Positions 18,182-28,458 are shown, numbered from the stretch's first letter. The stretch: 64,000 nt of DNA from Verrucomicrobiota bacterium (GCA_049510745.1 JBEKYR010000011.1:32001-96000), one strand, 5' to 3'. Made by a program: numbers and translations. The notes: generated by a model not told the origin, from the letters alone.

Positions 18182-20173
18182 GTGAGGGCCGGGTCGGTTC
18201 GCCGGCAGTTCCGCCGGCCGCTTCTGGCCGCGCTGGCCCTTGTTTTCGCGCTCCGACCCGCGCCGGCGAAGGACTTGACCACCGAAAGCCGCCTGCCTTT
18301 CTTGCACAACATCCCCCTGCACGACGCCCAGGACCGCGTGATTTCTCCGCCGCCGCTTTTGAGCGACGATGGCAAGCCCCAGGAACCCAAGGCCAGCCCC
18401 TATTCCACCGCGAAAACGTGCGGCAAATGCCACGATTACGAAGTCATCAGCCAAGGCTGGCACTTCAACGCGGCGCACGGCGACGTCAAGGCCGGCCGTC
18501 CCGGCGAACCGTGGATTTTGACCGACCCGGCCACGCGCACGCAGATTCCCCTCTCCTATCGCGGCTGGGCCGGCACCTTCAAGCCGGCCGACGTGGGCCT
18601 CAGCGACTTTGATTTCGTGACCAATTTCGCGCGCCATCTGCCGGGGGGCGGCGTCGGCGAACCCGACAAGATCGACGCCGCGGACCCCCAAATGGGACGA
18701 ATGCAGATCAGCGGCACGCTGGAGATGGATTGCCTGATCTGCCACCAATCCACCGGCCGCTACGATCACGAAGGCCGCTTCACCGCCATCAAGGGCCAGA
18801 ATTTCCGTTGGGCGCCCTCCATTGCCGCAGGCTTGGGAAGCTTCGCCAGTTTCCGCAACGCCGGCAGTCTGGCCGATCAATGGCGTCCGGGCAGGGCCGT
18901 TCCCTCCACCTTGCCCGCCCTCAATTACGACCGGTCAAAATTCGGCGCCGATAACAACGTCCTCTTCCAGGTCGCCCGCCGCGCGCCCACCGCCAATTGT
19001 TATTATTGTCACACCAGCGAAGCGGAGTTGGGGGACGCCCGCTGGCACGGCGACACGGACATTCACCTTCGCGCCGGGATGGCGTGTGTGGATTGTCATC
19101 GCAATGGTCTCGATCACAGGATCGTCCGCGGCTACGAAGGCGAAGTCCGGGACCGCTCCGTCAGCGAGGGCATGATGGACCTGCGCGCCCGGATGTTGCG
19201 CCGCGACGACGCCACTCTCAGCGAGGAGCAGGCCCGCCGGTTGGCGCGCCGGCAGCTTCAAGCCGAACTGGGCCTGGTCGAGACCCTTTCCTGCCGCGGA
19301 TGCCACGAAAGCGGACGGTTCGGCTCGCCCCGGCTGACGCATAAGGGCCTGCCGCCGATTCACCTCGAAAAACTTTCCTGCACCGCCTGCCACTCCGGGC
19401 CGTTCCCGGCGTCCGGCCCGGCGGCCGTTCACACCTCGCTGGCGCACAAGTTGGGCCTGCCCGCGCCCGTCCGCGGAAAAAACACCGCGCCCGTCATCAT
19501 CGAGACCATTTTTCTTTACGGCGCGGATGGCAAGATTGAGCCGTGCAAAATGGTCTGGCCCAGCTATTGGGCGCGCTGGAAGGAGGGCAAGCTCGCGCCG
19601 CTGTTGCCGGCGGAAGCCGCCAAAGCCGGAACTTTCCCAAAACAAGACAACGACGATGTCCCGCGCGACCCTTACAACACCACGCCGTTGACCGACGCGC
19701 AGATTCGGCAGGTGCTCGCATCGTTTTCCGACGACCCCGCCAATGGGCAGGCCGCCTTCATCGCCGCGGGCAAGCTCTACCGCCTGGAGCACGGCCAACT
19801 GGTTTCCGAGGAAAACGCGGCGGCCAAACCTTACGCCTGGGCTTTGGCGCACGATGTCCGCCCCGCCGCCCAGGCGCTCGGCGCCCGCGGCTGCGCGGAT
19901 TGCCACGCCAGCGATTCGCCGCTCTACTTCGCCACCATCGCGGCCCGCGGCCCCGTCGAGCCAGCCAACGGCCTGCGCAAGGGAATGTGGGAAATGCGCG
20001 GCGACGACAAGACGGTGGCCTCGGTCTTCGCTTTCACGTTCCATTTCCGGCCGTTGCTCAAGTGGATTGTGTTTGGCGCCGCGTTGATTGTGCTGGCCGT
20101 GCTGGCGCATTATGGACTGCGGGGCGTCGGCGCGATCACCGCCGCCGCGCCAGCCAAGAAATCCCCGCCATGA
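18182..20173 (+). CDS. Membrane-anchored heptaheme cytochrome c
   Basis: Seven CxxCH (CGKCH, CLICH, CYYCH, CVDCH, CRGCH, CTACH, CADCH), signal peptide, C-terminal TM helix; start uncertain. Confidence 0.88.
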   Translation: MRAGSVRRQFRRPLLAALALVFALRPAPAKDLTTESRLPFLHNIPLHDAQDRVISPPPLLSDDGKPQEPKASPYSTAKTCGKCHDYEVISQGWHFNAAHGDVKAGRPGEPWILTDPATRTQIPLSYRGWAGTFKPADVGLSDFDFVTNFARHLPGGGVGEPDKIDAADPQMGRMQISGTLEMDCLICHQSTGRYDHEGRFTAIKGQNFRWAPSIAAGLGSFASFRNAGSLADQWRPGRAVPSTLPALNYDRSKFGADNNVLFQVARRAPTANCYYCHTSEAELGDARWHGDTDIHLRAGMACVDCHRNGLDHRIVRGYEGEVRDRSVSEGMMDLRARMLRRDDATLSEEQARRLARRQLQAELGLVETLSCRGCHESGRFGSPRLTHKGLPPIHLEKLSCTACHSGPFPASGPAAVHTSLAHKLGLPAPVRGKNTAPVIIETIFLYGADGKIEPCKMVWPSYWARWKEGKLAPLLPAEAAKAGTFPKQDNDDVPRDPYNTTPLTDAQIRQVLASFSDDPANGQAAFIAAGKLYRLEHGQLVSEENAAAKPYAWALAHDVRPAAQALGARGCADCHASDSPLYFATIAARGPVEPANGLRKGMWEMRGDDKTVASVFAFTFHFRPLLKWIVFGAALIVLAVLAHYGLRGVGAITAAAPAKKSPP

Positions 20174-20580
20174 ACTCCCGCGGAAAGTTTTTTTACGGCG
20201 TGATGTGCGCGGCGGGAGTTGTCCTTGCCGTCACGGGCATCGGCACCTTCGCCCTGGGCAAGCCGCCCATGACCCACTGGGTCCTGATGGCGCACGTCGC
20301 CGCCGCGCCCCTCTTCGCCCTTGGCCTGGCCGCCGTGGCGCTGACCTGGGCTGGCTGCTGCGTTCCCGGCGCGGACTCGCCCCTGAACGCCCCCGCCAAA
20401 GCGTTGCTCTGGGTGATACTCGTGTGCGGCCTGGTCGTGATGCTTTCGGGCGTCCTTCCGATGACGCCGCTTATTGGCGCGAGCGGCCAGCACATCCTCT
20501 ATTTGACACACCGCTACAGCGCCGTCGTCCTAACCGCCGCGATTCTCCTGCACCTTCCCGTGCTTCTTCGCCGCGGATAA
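20170..20580 (+). CDS. Small 4-TM cytochrome b-like membrane protein
   Basis: ATGA overlap with the cytochrome c gene; intramembrane His in LMAH and THRYSAVVLTAAILLH (FdnI/Ni-hydrogenase cyt b-like spacing). Confidence 0.7.
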   Translation: MNSRGKFFYGVMCAAGVVLAVTGIGTFALGKPPMTHWVLMAHVAAAPLFALGLAAVALTWAGCCVPGADSPLNAPAKALLWVILVCGLVVMLSGVLPMTPLIGASGQHILYLTHRYSAVVLTAAILLHLPVLLRRG

Positions 20581-20588
20581 CCGTTCTA

Positions 20589-20838
20589 CAATCCCGAAGG
20601 GATTGAATGACTCAGCCCAGGGTTGGCCGATTCCGAGAGGCCTACCCTGGGTAGTTGCATTCGAGTGACACAACCCTGAAGGGGTTGAATATCAAAGGCT
20701 TAGGAAACAGAGTCAACCCTTGCAGGGTTGTGGTTCTTCTCTGATCTTACCCAGGGTAGCTCGTGCCCCCGCCTTCGCTGCGCTACGGCGCGGCAAGTCG
20801 CAACCCTGGGCTGCAAGATTCAATCCCGTTGGGATTGG
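20589..20838. repeat. ~250 bp multi-hairpin palindromic (REP/MITE-like) element with a nested small hairpin
   Basis: CAATCCCGAAGGGATTG...CAGCCCAGGGTTG / CAACCCTGGGCTG...CAATCCCGTTGGGATTG; internal CAACCCTGAAGGGGTTG and CAACCCTTGCAGGGTTG. Confidence 0.8.
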
Positions 20839-20870
20839 CAAAACCAATCACGACCCTCCAAACCTCGCTG

Positions 20871-21095
20871 TTCATTCCACTGGAATCGTCGAGGAACCAG
20901 ATTTATACCGGGATCACGTGCGATTTGAAACTGCGCCTCGCGGAGCACACTTCGGCGAGGGTTCCGCACACTTCCAAATTCACGCCCTGGGAAATTCGGA
21001 CGGCAACGGCGTTCAAAAGCAAGGAACGTGCGGTGGCATTCGAGCGTTACCTCAAGAGCGGTTCCGGACGCGCTTTTCTCCATCGGCACTTTTGA
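20871..21095 (+). pseudogene. N-terminally truncated GIY-YIG nuclease
   Basis: IYTGITCDLKLRLAEH...HTSKFTPW...AFERYLKSGSGRAF; no YVYIL N-terminus or credible start. Confidence 0.8.
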
Positions 21096-21257
21096 CAATG
21101 CACGGCGCGGCGACCCTTCCGTCCGCAGTTCTTGACCGTCCGACGCTCCAAACGCTTGCCGTGGTCGTGCTGGTGGCGCGGGCGGGGTGAATCAGCGGGC
21201 GGGCTGAATGCGGAAAACAGGATTGACCGTCGGCCAGTTTTGGTTCAGGTTTTCCGT

Positions 21258-21686
21258 ATGGGATTATTTGACGGCATCGAGAAATTCATCACTGAGCATG
21301 GCTCTGCAGCGATCCTCGTCCAGCAACTCTCGTTTGCTAAGGAGCAATTCGCCGCACTTGAAAAAAAGGTCGGTGAATTGCAAACTGAGAACGGCAGGCT
21401 GCAAGCGCGTCTTGAGCGTGTGGGGGTTGACCTCCACGACACGCAAATGGAGTTGCAACGGCTCCAAAAGGAGCATGAAGAAGAAGTTCGCGTTCATCGT
21501 TGCATCGAATTTCGGCGCGGCAAGAGAACAGGCAATAAATGGGTTGCCTTTTGCCCAAAATGCCACATGCCGGCTTTCAGCCGGGAATCAGTGATTTTTG
21601 TGACTTGTACGGATCCCGCGTGTAAATGGAGCGCCAGGCTTGAGAACATTACGCTTTCCCAGATTATCATCGAGCTGGGAGCGTGA
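21258..21686 (+). CDS. Hypothetical coiled-coil protein with C-terminal zinc ribbon
   Basis: Heptad-rich N-half; FCPKCH...CTDPAC. Confidence 0.75.
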   Translation: MGLFDGIEKFITEHGSAAILVQQLSFAKEQFAALEKKVGELQTENGRLQARLERVGVDLHDTQMELQRLQKEHEEEVRVHRCIEFRRGKRTGNKWVAFCPKCHMPAFSRESVIFVTCTDPACKWSARLENITLSQIIIELGA

Positions 21687-22017
21687 TCTAAAAGCGCAGA
21701 CCCATTCCATGCGCCATCAGAAACGCCGAGGCGGGCGGATTGCTAACTTTTAAACTTAGCCCGCTGCGGCAACTATCTGAGGACACGCCACCCCGCATTG
21801 CTGTCCACTGGCCCTTTTCCGCCCCGCCTTGGACATGTCCGAAGGCGCAAATCCGCTTGAATCCCGCTCCCGTCATTGCCAACGCGCCAGAAACGATCCT
21901 GAGCGCAAGGGCAAGCGATTAAACCAGAGATACGACTGCGGGCCGAAGCGCAATTTTGCTGGTTTCCGATGGCCGTCTATGGTTTGATGGCAGGCGGTCT
22001 GAAAACAAAAAATACTT

Positions 22018-22365
22018 ATGACGACCGTTGGAGACAGAAAAGTTTTATTCAGTGGTTCCTTCATCATTCCCGCCGGTGAATCGGCGTCGTTCGAGGTGCC
22101 CCCTCTTACAACCAAGTTTAGGATTGAATTTCCACCCGGTGCGCCTGCGTCAGGCCAACCTGAAACAAAATGGATTTTCTCTAACGGGACTTTAGTCATC
22201 GTATTTACAGGATGGAACAATTCCCTAGGGGGTAGCTTTTTGAAACCTACAAAGGTCGGAAGTTTAGCCGATGGACGCGACCTCAGTTTCAACGTAGCGA
22301 TTTATGACCTCGGCGGTACGCATTTCGTGAACATTGAGATTTATGCGGGAGGGACATTCCTATGA
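22018..22365 (+). CDS. Small all-beta hypothetical protein (DUF6864-like)
   Basis: LVIVFTGWNNSLG...KPTKVG; AT-richer island. Confidence 0.6.
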   Translation: MTTVGDRKVLFSGSFIIPAGESASFEVPPLTTKFRIEFPPGAPASGQPETKWIFSNGTLVIVFTGWNNSLGGSFLKPTKVGSLADGRDLSFNVAIYDLGGTHFVNIEIYAGGTFL

Positions 22366-22688
22366 ACGAACAAGAGCCAAAGTTTCTCCTTTCGGGCACA
22401 GTTTCCCCGGACAAATATGCAGCTTTGCAGGAGAGAAAAATGGACCACGATGCGTCATACAGGCTGGCTGCTCTTGAAGCAGGATGGTTTGGCAAAATCT
22501 TTGGTTCAAAAAATGCTGCATCAAATGTTGCGGGTATTTCTGTTTTGCTGGGGTTTCTGGGAAGCGTCGTGGTCACAGGCATCTTGGTGTATAACGCAAC
22601 GAATGGCACAAGCAACGCATTTGAGATTTGGAAATACACAACCCCGATCATCACTGGCGGTTTGGGCTTTCTATTCGGGAAGAAATGA
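22362..22688 (+). CDS. Small two-TM membrane protein
   Basis: LEAGWFGKIFGSKNAASNVAG then two hydrophobic segments; ATGA overlap with upstream gene. Confidence 0.7.
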   Translation: MNEQEPKFLLSGTVSPDKYAALQERKMDHDASYRLAALEAGWFGKIFGSKNAASNVAGISVLLGFLGSVVVTGILVYNATNGTSNAFEIWKYTTPIITGGLGFLFGKK

Positions 22689-22770
22689 AACCAACTTTTT
22701 TTGAATTGGATCCTCCAAGATATTTTATGGCAAGCAAATAGGTGATGGCTCCGGTAATGCCTGACACAAC

Positions 22771-23205
22771 ATGACTCCAGAAACCATTTTGGGAAATATC
22801 ATTTCCGGCGTCGTGGGCGGACTTGTCGTTGCTCTCGCCAGCCATTTTTTGTCCAAGCAACGCGAATCTAGGCGAGACCAAGAAGATAGGGAGCATTCTG
22901 CGACGACTGCTCGACAAGACCGAATGCGCGATTTTATCGCATTCATGGAACAATTGAGGGCAGAAGCCGTTCAAAAGCACTTCCTCTCGTTTGGAAAGTT
23001 CTATGAAAACAAGATTCCCAATCTGCGCCATGCCGCTTCGCTTGTGGTCGGGGATTTGCCCCTCACTGAAATAGCCGCTTTCGAGTCGATTCTCAGTGCC
23101 GCGTGCGATTTGTCCGAAAATGAAATATATCAGCCCGGCAACAACAAGCAGATAATTGAGAAAGTGGACAAAATAATTCTCTTTGCGAAAGATCTGCCGA
23201 AGTAA
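22771..23205 (+). CDS. Hypothetical protein with N-terminal TM anchor
   Basis: ILGNIISGVVGGLVVALA followed by charged helical region. Confidence 0.65.
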   Translation: MTPETILGNIISGVVGGLVVALASHFLSKQRESRRDQEDREHSATTARQDRMRDFIAFMEQLRAEAVQKHFLSFGKFYENKIPNLRHAASLVVGDLPLTEIAAFESILSAACDLSENEIYQPGNNKQIIEKVDKIILFAKDLPK

Positions 23206-23725
23206 GTTCTTTTCCATAAAATCCTGGCCGCGATTGGCAGTTCAAAAAATCCATCTGCCAGCCCCACGGCCACGGCTTGCTCCGCTACCTTCCGCGTGAT
23301 GGTTTGCGCAAGTTCTTTCATAGTTAGAATAAAAAGCCCATGCCGGTCAATGAGCTAAACCGGCGTGAGCCAATGCACTGGCGTATTGTGTGGACAAGAA
23401 ATAAACCACCCCACAAATTATTAAGCCGACTTGATGAGGATTCCAGCCAGACTGTCAAGCAATGACGCGCCAAACATGGAGTCAAAGCTCCGCCATTCCG
23501 TTCGTTTCTGCAAAGAGAACCACTGGCAATCGTAATATCCGGGCCGGGTAGTTTGTCAGCCTCGGACTGGCCACTGTCAGCGAAAGTGTCAGCAGAGGGG
23601 CGTGCGGGTTCACTCCCCGCCCACACTCTGAATGGTCCGGCTCATTGACCCGGTTTTTCCTTGATGATGCGTTCCCCAATGGAGCGCGTCTCTTGCGACG
23701 AATACGGTGCAACCGGCCCCTCTAT

Positions 23726-23879
23726 ACTGCTATGTCGGAGAGTTTTGCATTTTAAACAAAATTTTTGCCACAAAGGAACACAAGGAGCACAAAGACAAGA
23801 GGTTATATTCTTCAATTTTTGTGATCTTTGTGATCTTTTGCGGCAATTCATCTTTGGTTGCGGCTGGCCTGCGGCGTTG
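23726..23879. mobile_element. Small non-autonomous element (ACTGC.AT ... TTTGGTTGCGGCTGGCC) carrying a CACAA/TTGTG palindrome
   Basis: Ends resemble the 37147-37284 insertion; internal palindrome 23765-23846; right end approximate. Confidence 0.5.
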
Positions 23880-24020
23880 AGCAATTCGGCCTCAAGTCCC
23901 AGGTTGCCCTCTCCAATTCCAGCGGCTTGTGCGTGTCGAGCCAGACCTGCTTCCCGCCATCGGTCAGGACGATAACCGCTCCCCCCGCGCTCCCGCTTCG
24001 CCTTGGGCCATCTTTGGCGT

Positions 24021-24104
24021 TGTGACGGCATTGTATGACGGTTTGTGACGGCTGATGTTACGGTCTAAGTCCCTTATTATCAACAGTTGTGACGATTGTG
24101 ACGG
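24021..24104. repeat. Six dispersed copies of a TGTGACGG-like octamer
   Basis: Copies at 24021, 24034, 24044, 24056, 24088, 24097 around an AT-rich spacer. Confidence 0.75.
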
Positions 24105-24254
24105 CTTTTCCGACCCCAAGGGTATGCAACCGCATAAACGGCGCCCGCTAAGAATCCTGGCGGGAGATGGATTTCACACGTTCTGACGCATTACATAATG
24201 GCGCATAATTTCATTTCCTTTTCCCGCCGCTTGTGCCTTTCTGTGGCGGTTTGT

Positions 24255-25487
24255 ATGGAGCGATTGCCCGGATTCCGCGACTTTTATCCCGAACCGCTGC
24301 CGCACTCCGATGTCTGGAGCGCGGAGGCCCGCCAATACGTGTTTGACCGCTGGCGCGAGGCCGCCCGCCGCTACGGCTTCCGCCAGTATGACGGCCCGCC
24401 GCTGGAACCGCTGGAATTGTTCACCCTCAAAAGCGGCGAGGAGATCGCCGGCCAGCTCTATAATTTCGTGGACAAGGGCCAACGCCCCGTCGCGCTCCGC
24501 CCCGAGATGACCCCCACCCTGGCCCGCATGATCGCGGCCCACGAGCGCAGTTACAAAAAGCCCGTCAAGTGGTTCGCCATCCCCCAACTGTTCCGCTACG
24601 AACGCCAGCAAAAAGGACGCCTGCGCGAACATTTCCAGTTCAACGCCGACCTCATCGGCGACAGCAGCCCGGCGGCGGACGCGGAACTGGTGGCGCTGCT
24701 CATCGACACCTTGCGGGCTTTTGGTTTGACAGCGGACGATTTTGTCGTCCGGCTCAGCAGCCGCAACGCCTGGCGGGAGTTTTTCCGCAAACGCAGCGCC
24801 AAGGCGGAGGACGAATACCCATTTTACCAGGTGATCGACAAGCTGGAGCGCGAGGCGCCCGAAGCCAGCCGGGCCAAACTGGCGGCGCTCGGTTTTTCGC
24901 TCGACGAGGTCAGCCGGTTCATCAGCGCCGGGGAGCCGGCGGCGGAGCTGGAGTCGGTGGTCAAGAACCTGAGCGCGCGGGGCCTGGGCGATTACGCGCG
25001 GGTCGATTACCACGTCATCCGCGGACTGGCCTATTACACGGGCTTGGTCTTCGAGGCGTTTGACAAGAAGGGCGATTTTCGGGCCATCGCAGGCGGGGGG
25101 CGTTACGACAATTTAATCGCGCTCATTTCCGGCGGGAAGGTGGATTTGCCGGCCTTGGGCTTCGGCATGGGGGACGTGGTGCTGCTGGAGCTGCTGCGGG
25201 CGCGCGGGCTGCTGCCGCGGTTCGATTTCCAAATCGACGCCTATTGCCTGATTGAAGACGAAAGCCGGCGCGAGGCCTCGCTGGAGTTGGTGCAGGAGCT
25301 GCGGGAGCGGGGTTTTGCCGTGGAATATCCGCTGGCGCCCGCCAAATCGGACAAACAATTCAAACGGGCGACGGAATTGAACGCGCGCTTCACCGTCAAG
25401 TTGACGCCCTCACCCCATGGCGGCTTCGATGTCAAGGTGAAGAACCTCGCCACCCGGCAGGAAAAGACGCTTGACGGCGTGATTTAA
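24255..25487 (+). CDS. hisS: Histidine--tRNA ligase
   Basis: LPGFRDFYP, LRPEMTP, FRYERQQKGRLREHFQ, RGLAYYTG, GGGRYD, GFGMG. Confidence 0.97.
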   Translation: MERLPGFRDFYPEPLPHSDVWSAEARQYVFDRWREAARRYGFRQYDGPPLEPLELFTLKSGEEIAGQLYNFVDKGQRPVALRPEMTPTLARMIAAHERSYKKPVKWFAIPQLFRYERQQKGRLREHFQFNADLIGDSSPAADAELVALLIDTLRAFGLTADDFVVRLSSRNAWREFFRKRSAKAEDEYPFYQVIDKLEREAPEASRAKLAALGFSLDEVSRFISAGEPAAELESVVKNLSARGLGDYARVDYHVIRGLAYYTGLVFEAFDKKGDFRAIAGGGRYDNLIALISGGKVDLPALGFGMGDVVLLELLRARGLLPRFDFQIDAYCLIEDESRREASLELVQELRERGFAVEYPLAPAKSDKQFKRATELNARFTVKLTPSPHGGFDVKVKNLATRQEKTLDGVI

Positions 25488-25969
25488 GCGGCGACCGGCC
25501 CGACTATCTCATCGACGTCCCCGCAGATTTCCGGGAAGGAATGGCGGGCGGCGTATTCGTGGAGCTTTTGCGCCCGTTCATCGGCCGCCATTTGGACGTC
25601 AGTCTGGCGGGCCAGGCGCGAGATGACGGCTTCAACCAATTCGTCCGGCGTAAAAGGTTTGACCAGGTAATCATCCGCGCCGCAGACCATGCCGCGGCGG
25701 AACCCATCCAGACTGACCAGGCCGGTCATGAGGATGAAAGGGATGGGGGCTGTGGCCGAAGACTCGCGCACGGCGCCGAGCGTTTCATAACCGTCCATGG
25801 CCGGCATGTTGACGTCGCAGATGACCAGGTCGGGTTTGAGGTCGCGGATCATTTGCACACCCATCTGGCCGCTGACGGCTTCCTGCACGGTGAATCCGTA
25901 ATTGCTCAACACGACCTTGATGAGATTGCGTATATCTTCTTTGTCGTCGATGACCAGAATACTTTTCAT
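25484..25969 (-). CDS. Response regulator (receiver domain)
   Basis: ILVIDD, PDLVICDVNMP.MDG, GADDYLVKPF; start 25969 or 25978. Confidence 0.92.
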   Translation of the reverse strand: MKSILVIDDKEDIRNLIKVVLSNYGFTVQEAVSGQMGVQMIRDLKPDLVICDVNMPAMDGYETLGAVRESSATAPIPFILMTGLVSLDGFRRGMVCGADDYLVKPFTPDELVEAVISRLARQTDVQMAADERAQKLHEYAARHSFPEICGDVDEIVGPVAA

Positions 25970-26123
25970 GCATCGCAATGCATATCAAGAACCATGCCAA
26001 CCGGCGGCGGGCTTCAAAATGCTTCAAACGGCGGTCTTTTTGCGGCGAAAATTGCCGGTTTGGAAGCCCCAGCGGGCAAACTCTGCCGCCCTGAACTTCC
26101 CCACACCCAGGTTACAGCGGGAG

Positions 26124-26363
26124 TCAGCGGGAGACGCTTTCGGGCAGGTCTTCCAGCCTGGTGATGTGAAGAATGGAACAGCGGGTAAAGTATTCGGCAA
26201 AACCGTCCGGGTCCAAGTTGAGGCCGATTTCGACGGTGTTCCTGCCCACGAACGCCATATCATGGTTGGTAATGTCGTGATGCGAGCCGTCGGATAGATG
26301 AATTCGAAACGGCCTGAATGGTTGGGTGTGCAAAAGGTCGTGAATTTGCTTTGCCGTAATCAT
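26124..26363 (-). CDS. Small conserved PVC-type hypothetical protein
   Basis: QPFRPFRIHLSDG...HITRLE, 79 aa. Confidence 0.75.
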   Translation of the reverse strand: MITAKQIHDLLHTQPFRPFRIHLSDGSHHDITNHDMAFVGRNTVEIGLNLDPDGFAEYFTRCSILHITRLEDLPESVSR

Positions 26364-26376
26364 ATCCAAATCGCGC

Positions 26377-28458
26377 CTACGGCTTGGCGTTGAGCGTTTC
26401 GTACACCATTTCGGCCAGCTTGCGGGCGTGGAAGGGCTTTTGCACAAGGTTGACGGCCGTGCCGACGGGGAACTCCTTGGCCATCCGCTCGGCGTTGTAG
26501 CCGCTGGTGTAGAGGACTTTCAGGCCCGGCTTGGCGGCTTGCAGGATTTTCGCCAACTCCGTCCCGGCCATGCCGTCGGGCAGGATCAAGTCCGTCAACA
26601 ACAGGTCGATCCGCTTTCGGTGCTGTTCCCAGACTTGGAGGGCCTCCCGGCCGGTGCCGGAGCCGAGGACTTTGTAACCGTGGCTTTCCAGGATATGATG
26701 CATCAACTTGAGCAGGGGCGCCTCGTCCTCGACCACCAGAATGGTTTCGGTTCCGCCAATGACTTTTTGCTCGCCGGGGACCATCTGCAAGGCCCCGCTC
26801 TTGGCGTCGCTGGCCGGGAGGAAGATTTGAAAGGTCGTGCCTTCGCCCAGCCGGCTCTGCACGGTGATCCAGCCTTGGTGCTGCTTGACAATGCCATAGA
26901 CGGTGGCCAGACCCAGGCCGGTGCCGCGGTCCAGTTCCTTGGTGGTGAAAAACGGCTCGAATATCCGGCCCACGATCTCCGGCGCGATGCCGCACCCGGT
27001 GTCGGCGAACGTCAGGCAGACAAACTGGCCGGGCGCCGCCTCCGGGTTTTGGCGGGCCTGCTCGGGGTCGATCGTGACGGCGGCGGTGCGGATGCGCAAC
27101 TGGCCGCCGCGCGGCATGGCGTCGCGGGAATTGACCGCCAGATTGAGGAGGACCTGCTCGATCATGCCCAGGTCGGCCTTGATGGCGGGCAGGCCCGGGG
27201 AAAAATCAACGTGCAGGGCCACGTCCTCGCCCAGGATGCGGCGGAGCATTTTGGTGATATTGTTGACAACTTCGTTCAGATCGACCACCTGGGGGTGGAA
27301 TTGCTGCTTGCGGCTGAAGGTCATCAACTGGCGGGTGAGCGCGCCGGCGCGCTTGCCGGCTTCGACGATTTCCTTGAGGGAATCGGCGCCCCTGGGGGTG
27401 AGTTTTTCCCCGGCCAGCAGCAGGCTGGCGTGGCCGTTGATGACGGTGAGCAGATTGTTGAAATCGTGGGCGATGCCGCCGGCCAACTGGCCGATGGACT
27501 CCATTTTTTGAGACTGGCGCAGTTGCGCCTCCAGGCTCAGGCGCTCGGTCACGTCCATGGCCAGGGACAGGACGACTTTCTGCGGCGCCAGAAGGTGGGA
27601 GGTCATCTCCATGACGGTGAACTTGCCGCTCTTGGTGCGATGGCGCCAGACACCGGTGTTGCCCGCGCCCGGCGCCAGGCGCGCCAGCTTTTCCAGAAAG
27701 GCGGGAATGTCTTCGGGCGGGGCGATGTCCCGCAGCGTCAGGCGCAGGAATTCGTCCTTGGAGTAACCGTAATGGAGCACCGCCGCCTCGTTGACGGTGA
27801 CGAAGGCCAGGGAGGACTGGTCATAGGTGTAAATGGGCGTGGGATTGCTCTCGAAGAGAAGGCGGTATTGGTGTTCGGAGGCCTTGATCAGCGAGATGGA
27901 CTGTTCCAATTCCTGGGTGCGCGCCTTGACCAGGGCCTCCAGTTGCACGAAATACGATTCCGCCTCGCGGGTCAGCCGCCACTTCTCCGCCAGCGCCAGG
28001 GCCAGTTGCTGGACCTCGATGTTGTCGAAGGGCTTCTTGAGCAGCAGCAATTGGTCGGTGCGCCGCAGTTTGCGGGCGATGTCGTGGGCGGAATAATCGG
28101 AAAAAGCCGTGCAGATGACCACCTCCAGGCCCGGATCCGCTTTCCAGAGGCGGCCTATCGTCTCGATCCCGTCCCACCCCGGAGGCATGCGGACATCGAC
28201 AAACGCGACCGCGTAGGGCCGCCCGGCCTCCCGCGCCTGCACCACCCGCTCCAGCCCTTGTTCGCCCTGGAAAACGCAATCCAGCTCGAAGCGGGGCAAG
28301 GCGAGGTCCTCCACCGGCTTGCCCAGGATTTCCGCCTCGGCCTTGGCCAGTTGGCCGGCAATGCTGTCGTCGGACGCCAGGATTCCGCGAAAATCGTCGT
28401 GGATGTCCGGGTTGTCGTCAACAATTAAAATGCGATAGGCTTCCTTCATGGGCGTCAC
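26377..28458 (-). CDS. Hybrid sensor kinase REC-PAS-HisKA-HATPase-REC
   Basis: N-terminal REC ([10 protein letters not shown]), [30 protein letters not shown]-terminal REC. Confidence 0.95.
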   Translation of the reverse strand: MTPMKEAYRILIVDDNPDIHDDFRGILASDDSIAGQLAKAEAEILGKPVEDLALPRFELDCVFQGEQGLERVVQAREAGRPYAVAFVDVRMPPGWDGIETIGRLWKADPGLEVVICTAFSDYSAHDIARKLRRTDQLLLLKKPFDNIEVQQLALALAEKWRLTREAESYFVQLEALVKARTQELEQSISLIKASEHQYRLLFESNPTPIYTYDQSSLAFVTVNEAAVLHYGYSKDEFLRLTLRDIAPPEDIPAFLEKLARLAPGAGNTGVWRHRTKSGKFTVMEMTSHLLAPQKVVLSLAMDVTERLSLEAQLRQSQKMESIGQLAGGIAHDFNNLLTVINGHASLLLAGEKLTPRGADSLKEIVEAGKRAGALTRQLMTFSRKQQFHPQVVDLNEVVNNITKMLRRILGEDVALHVDFSPGLPAIKADLGMIEQVLLNLAVNSRDAMPRGGQLRIRTAAVTIDPEQARQNPEAAPGQFVCLTFADTGCGIAPEIVGRIFEPFFTTKELDRGTGLGLATVYGIVKQHQGWITVQSRLGEGTTFQIFLPASDAKSGALQMVPGEQKVIGGTETILVVEDEAPLLKLMHHILESHGYKVLGSGTGREALQVWEQHRKRIDLLLTDLILPDGMAGTELAKILQAAKPGLKVLYTSGYNAERMAKEFPVGTAVNLVQKPFHARKLAEMVYETLNAKP

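Noticed and set aside
21688..22000. Additional gene in the island spacer
   Set aside because: Short ORFs in several frames, none protein-like
23590..23630. Intact tRNA gene
   Set aside because: Only a T-arm-like hairpin; no D-arm, anticodon arm or full acceptor stem
24021..24104. CRISPR array (also considered at 58650-58695)
   Set aside because: Repeats are 8-10 bp without spacers of regular length, and no cas genes are present
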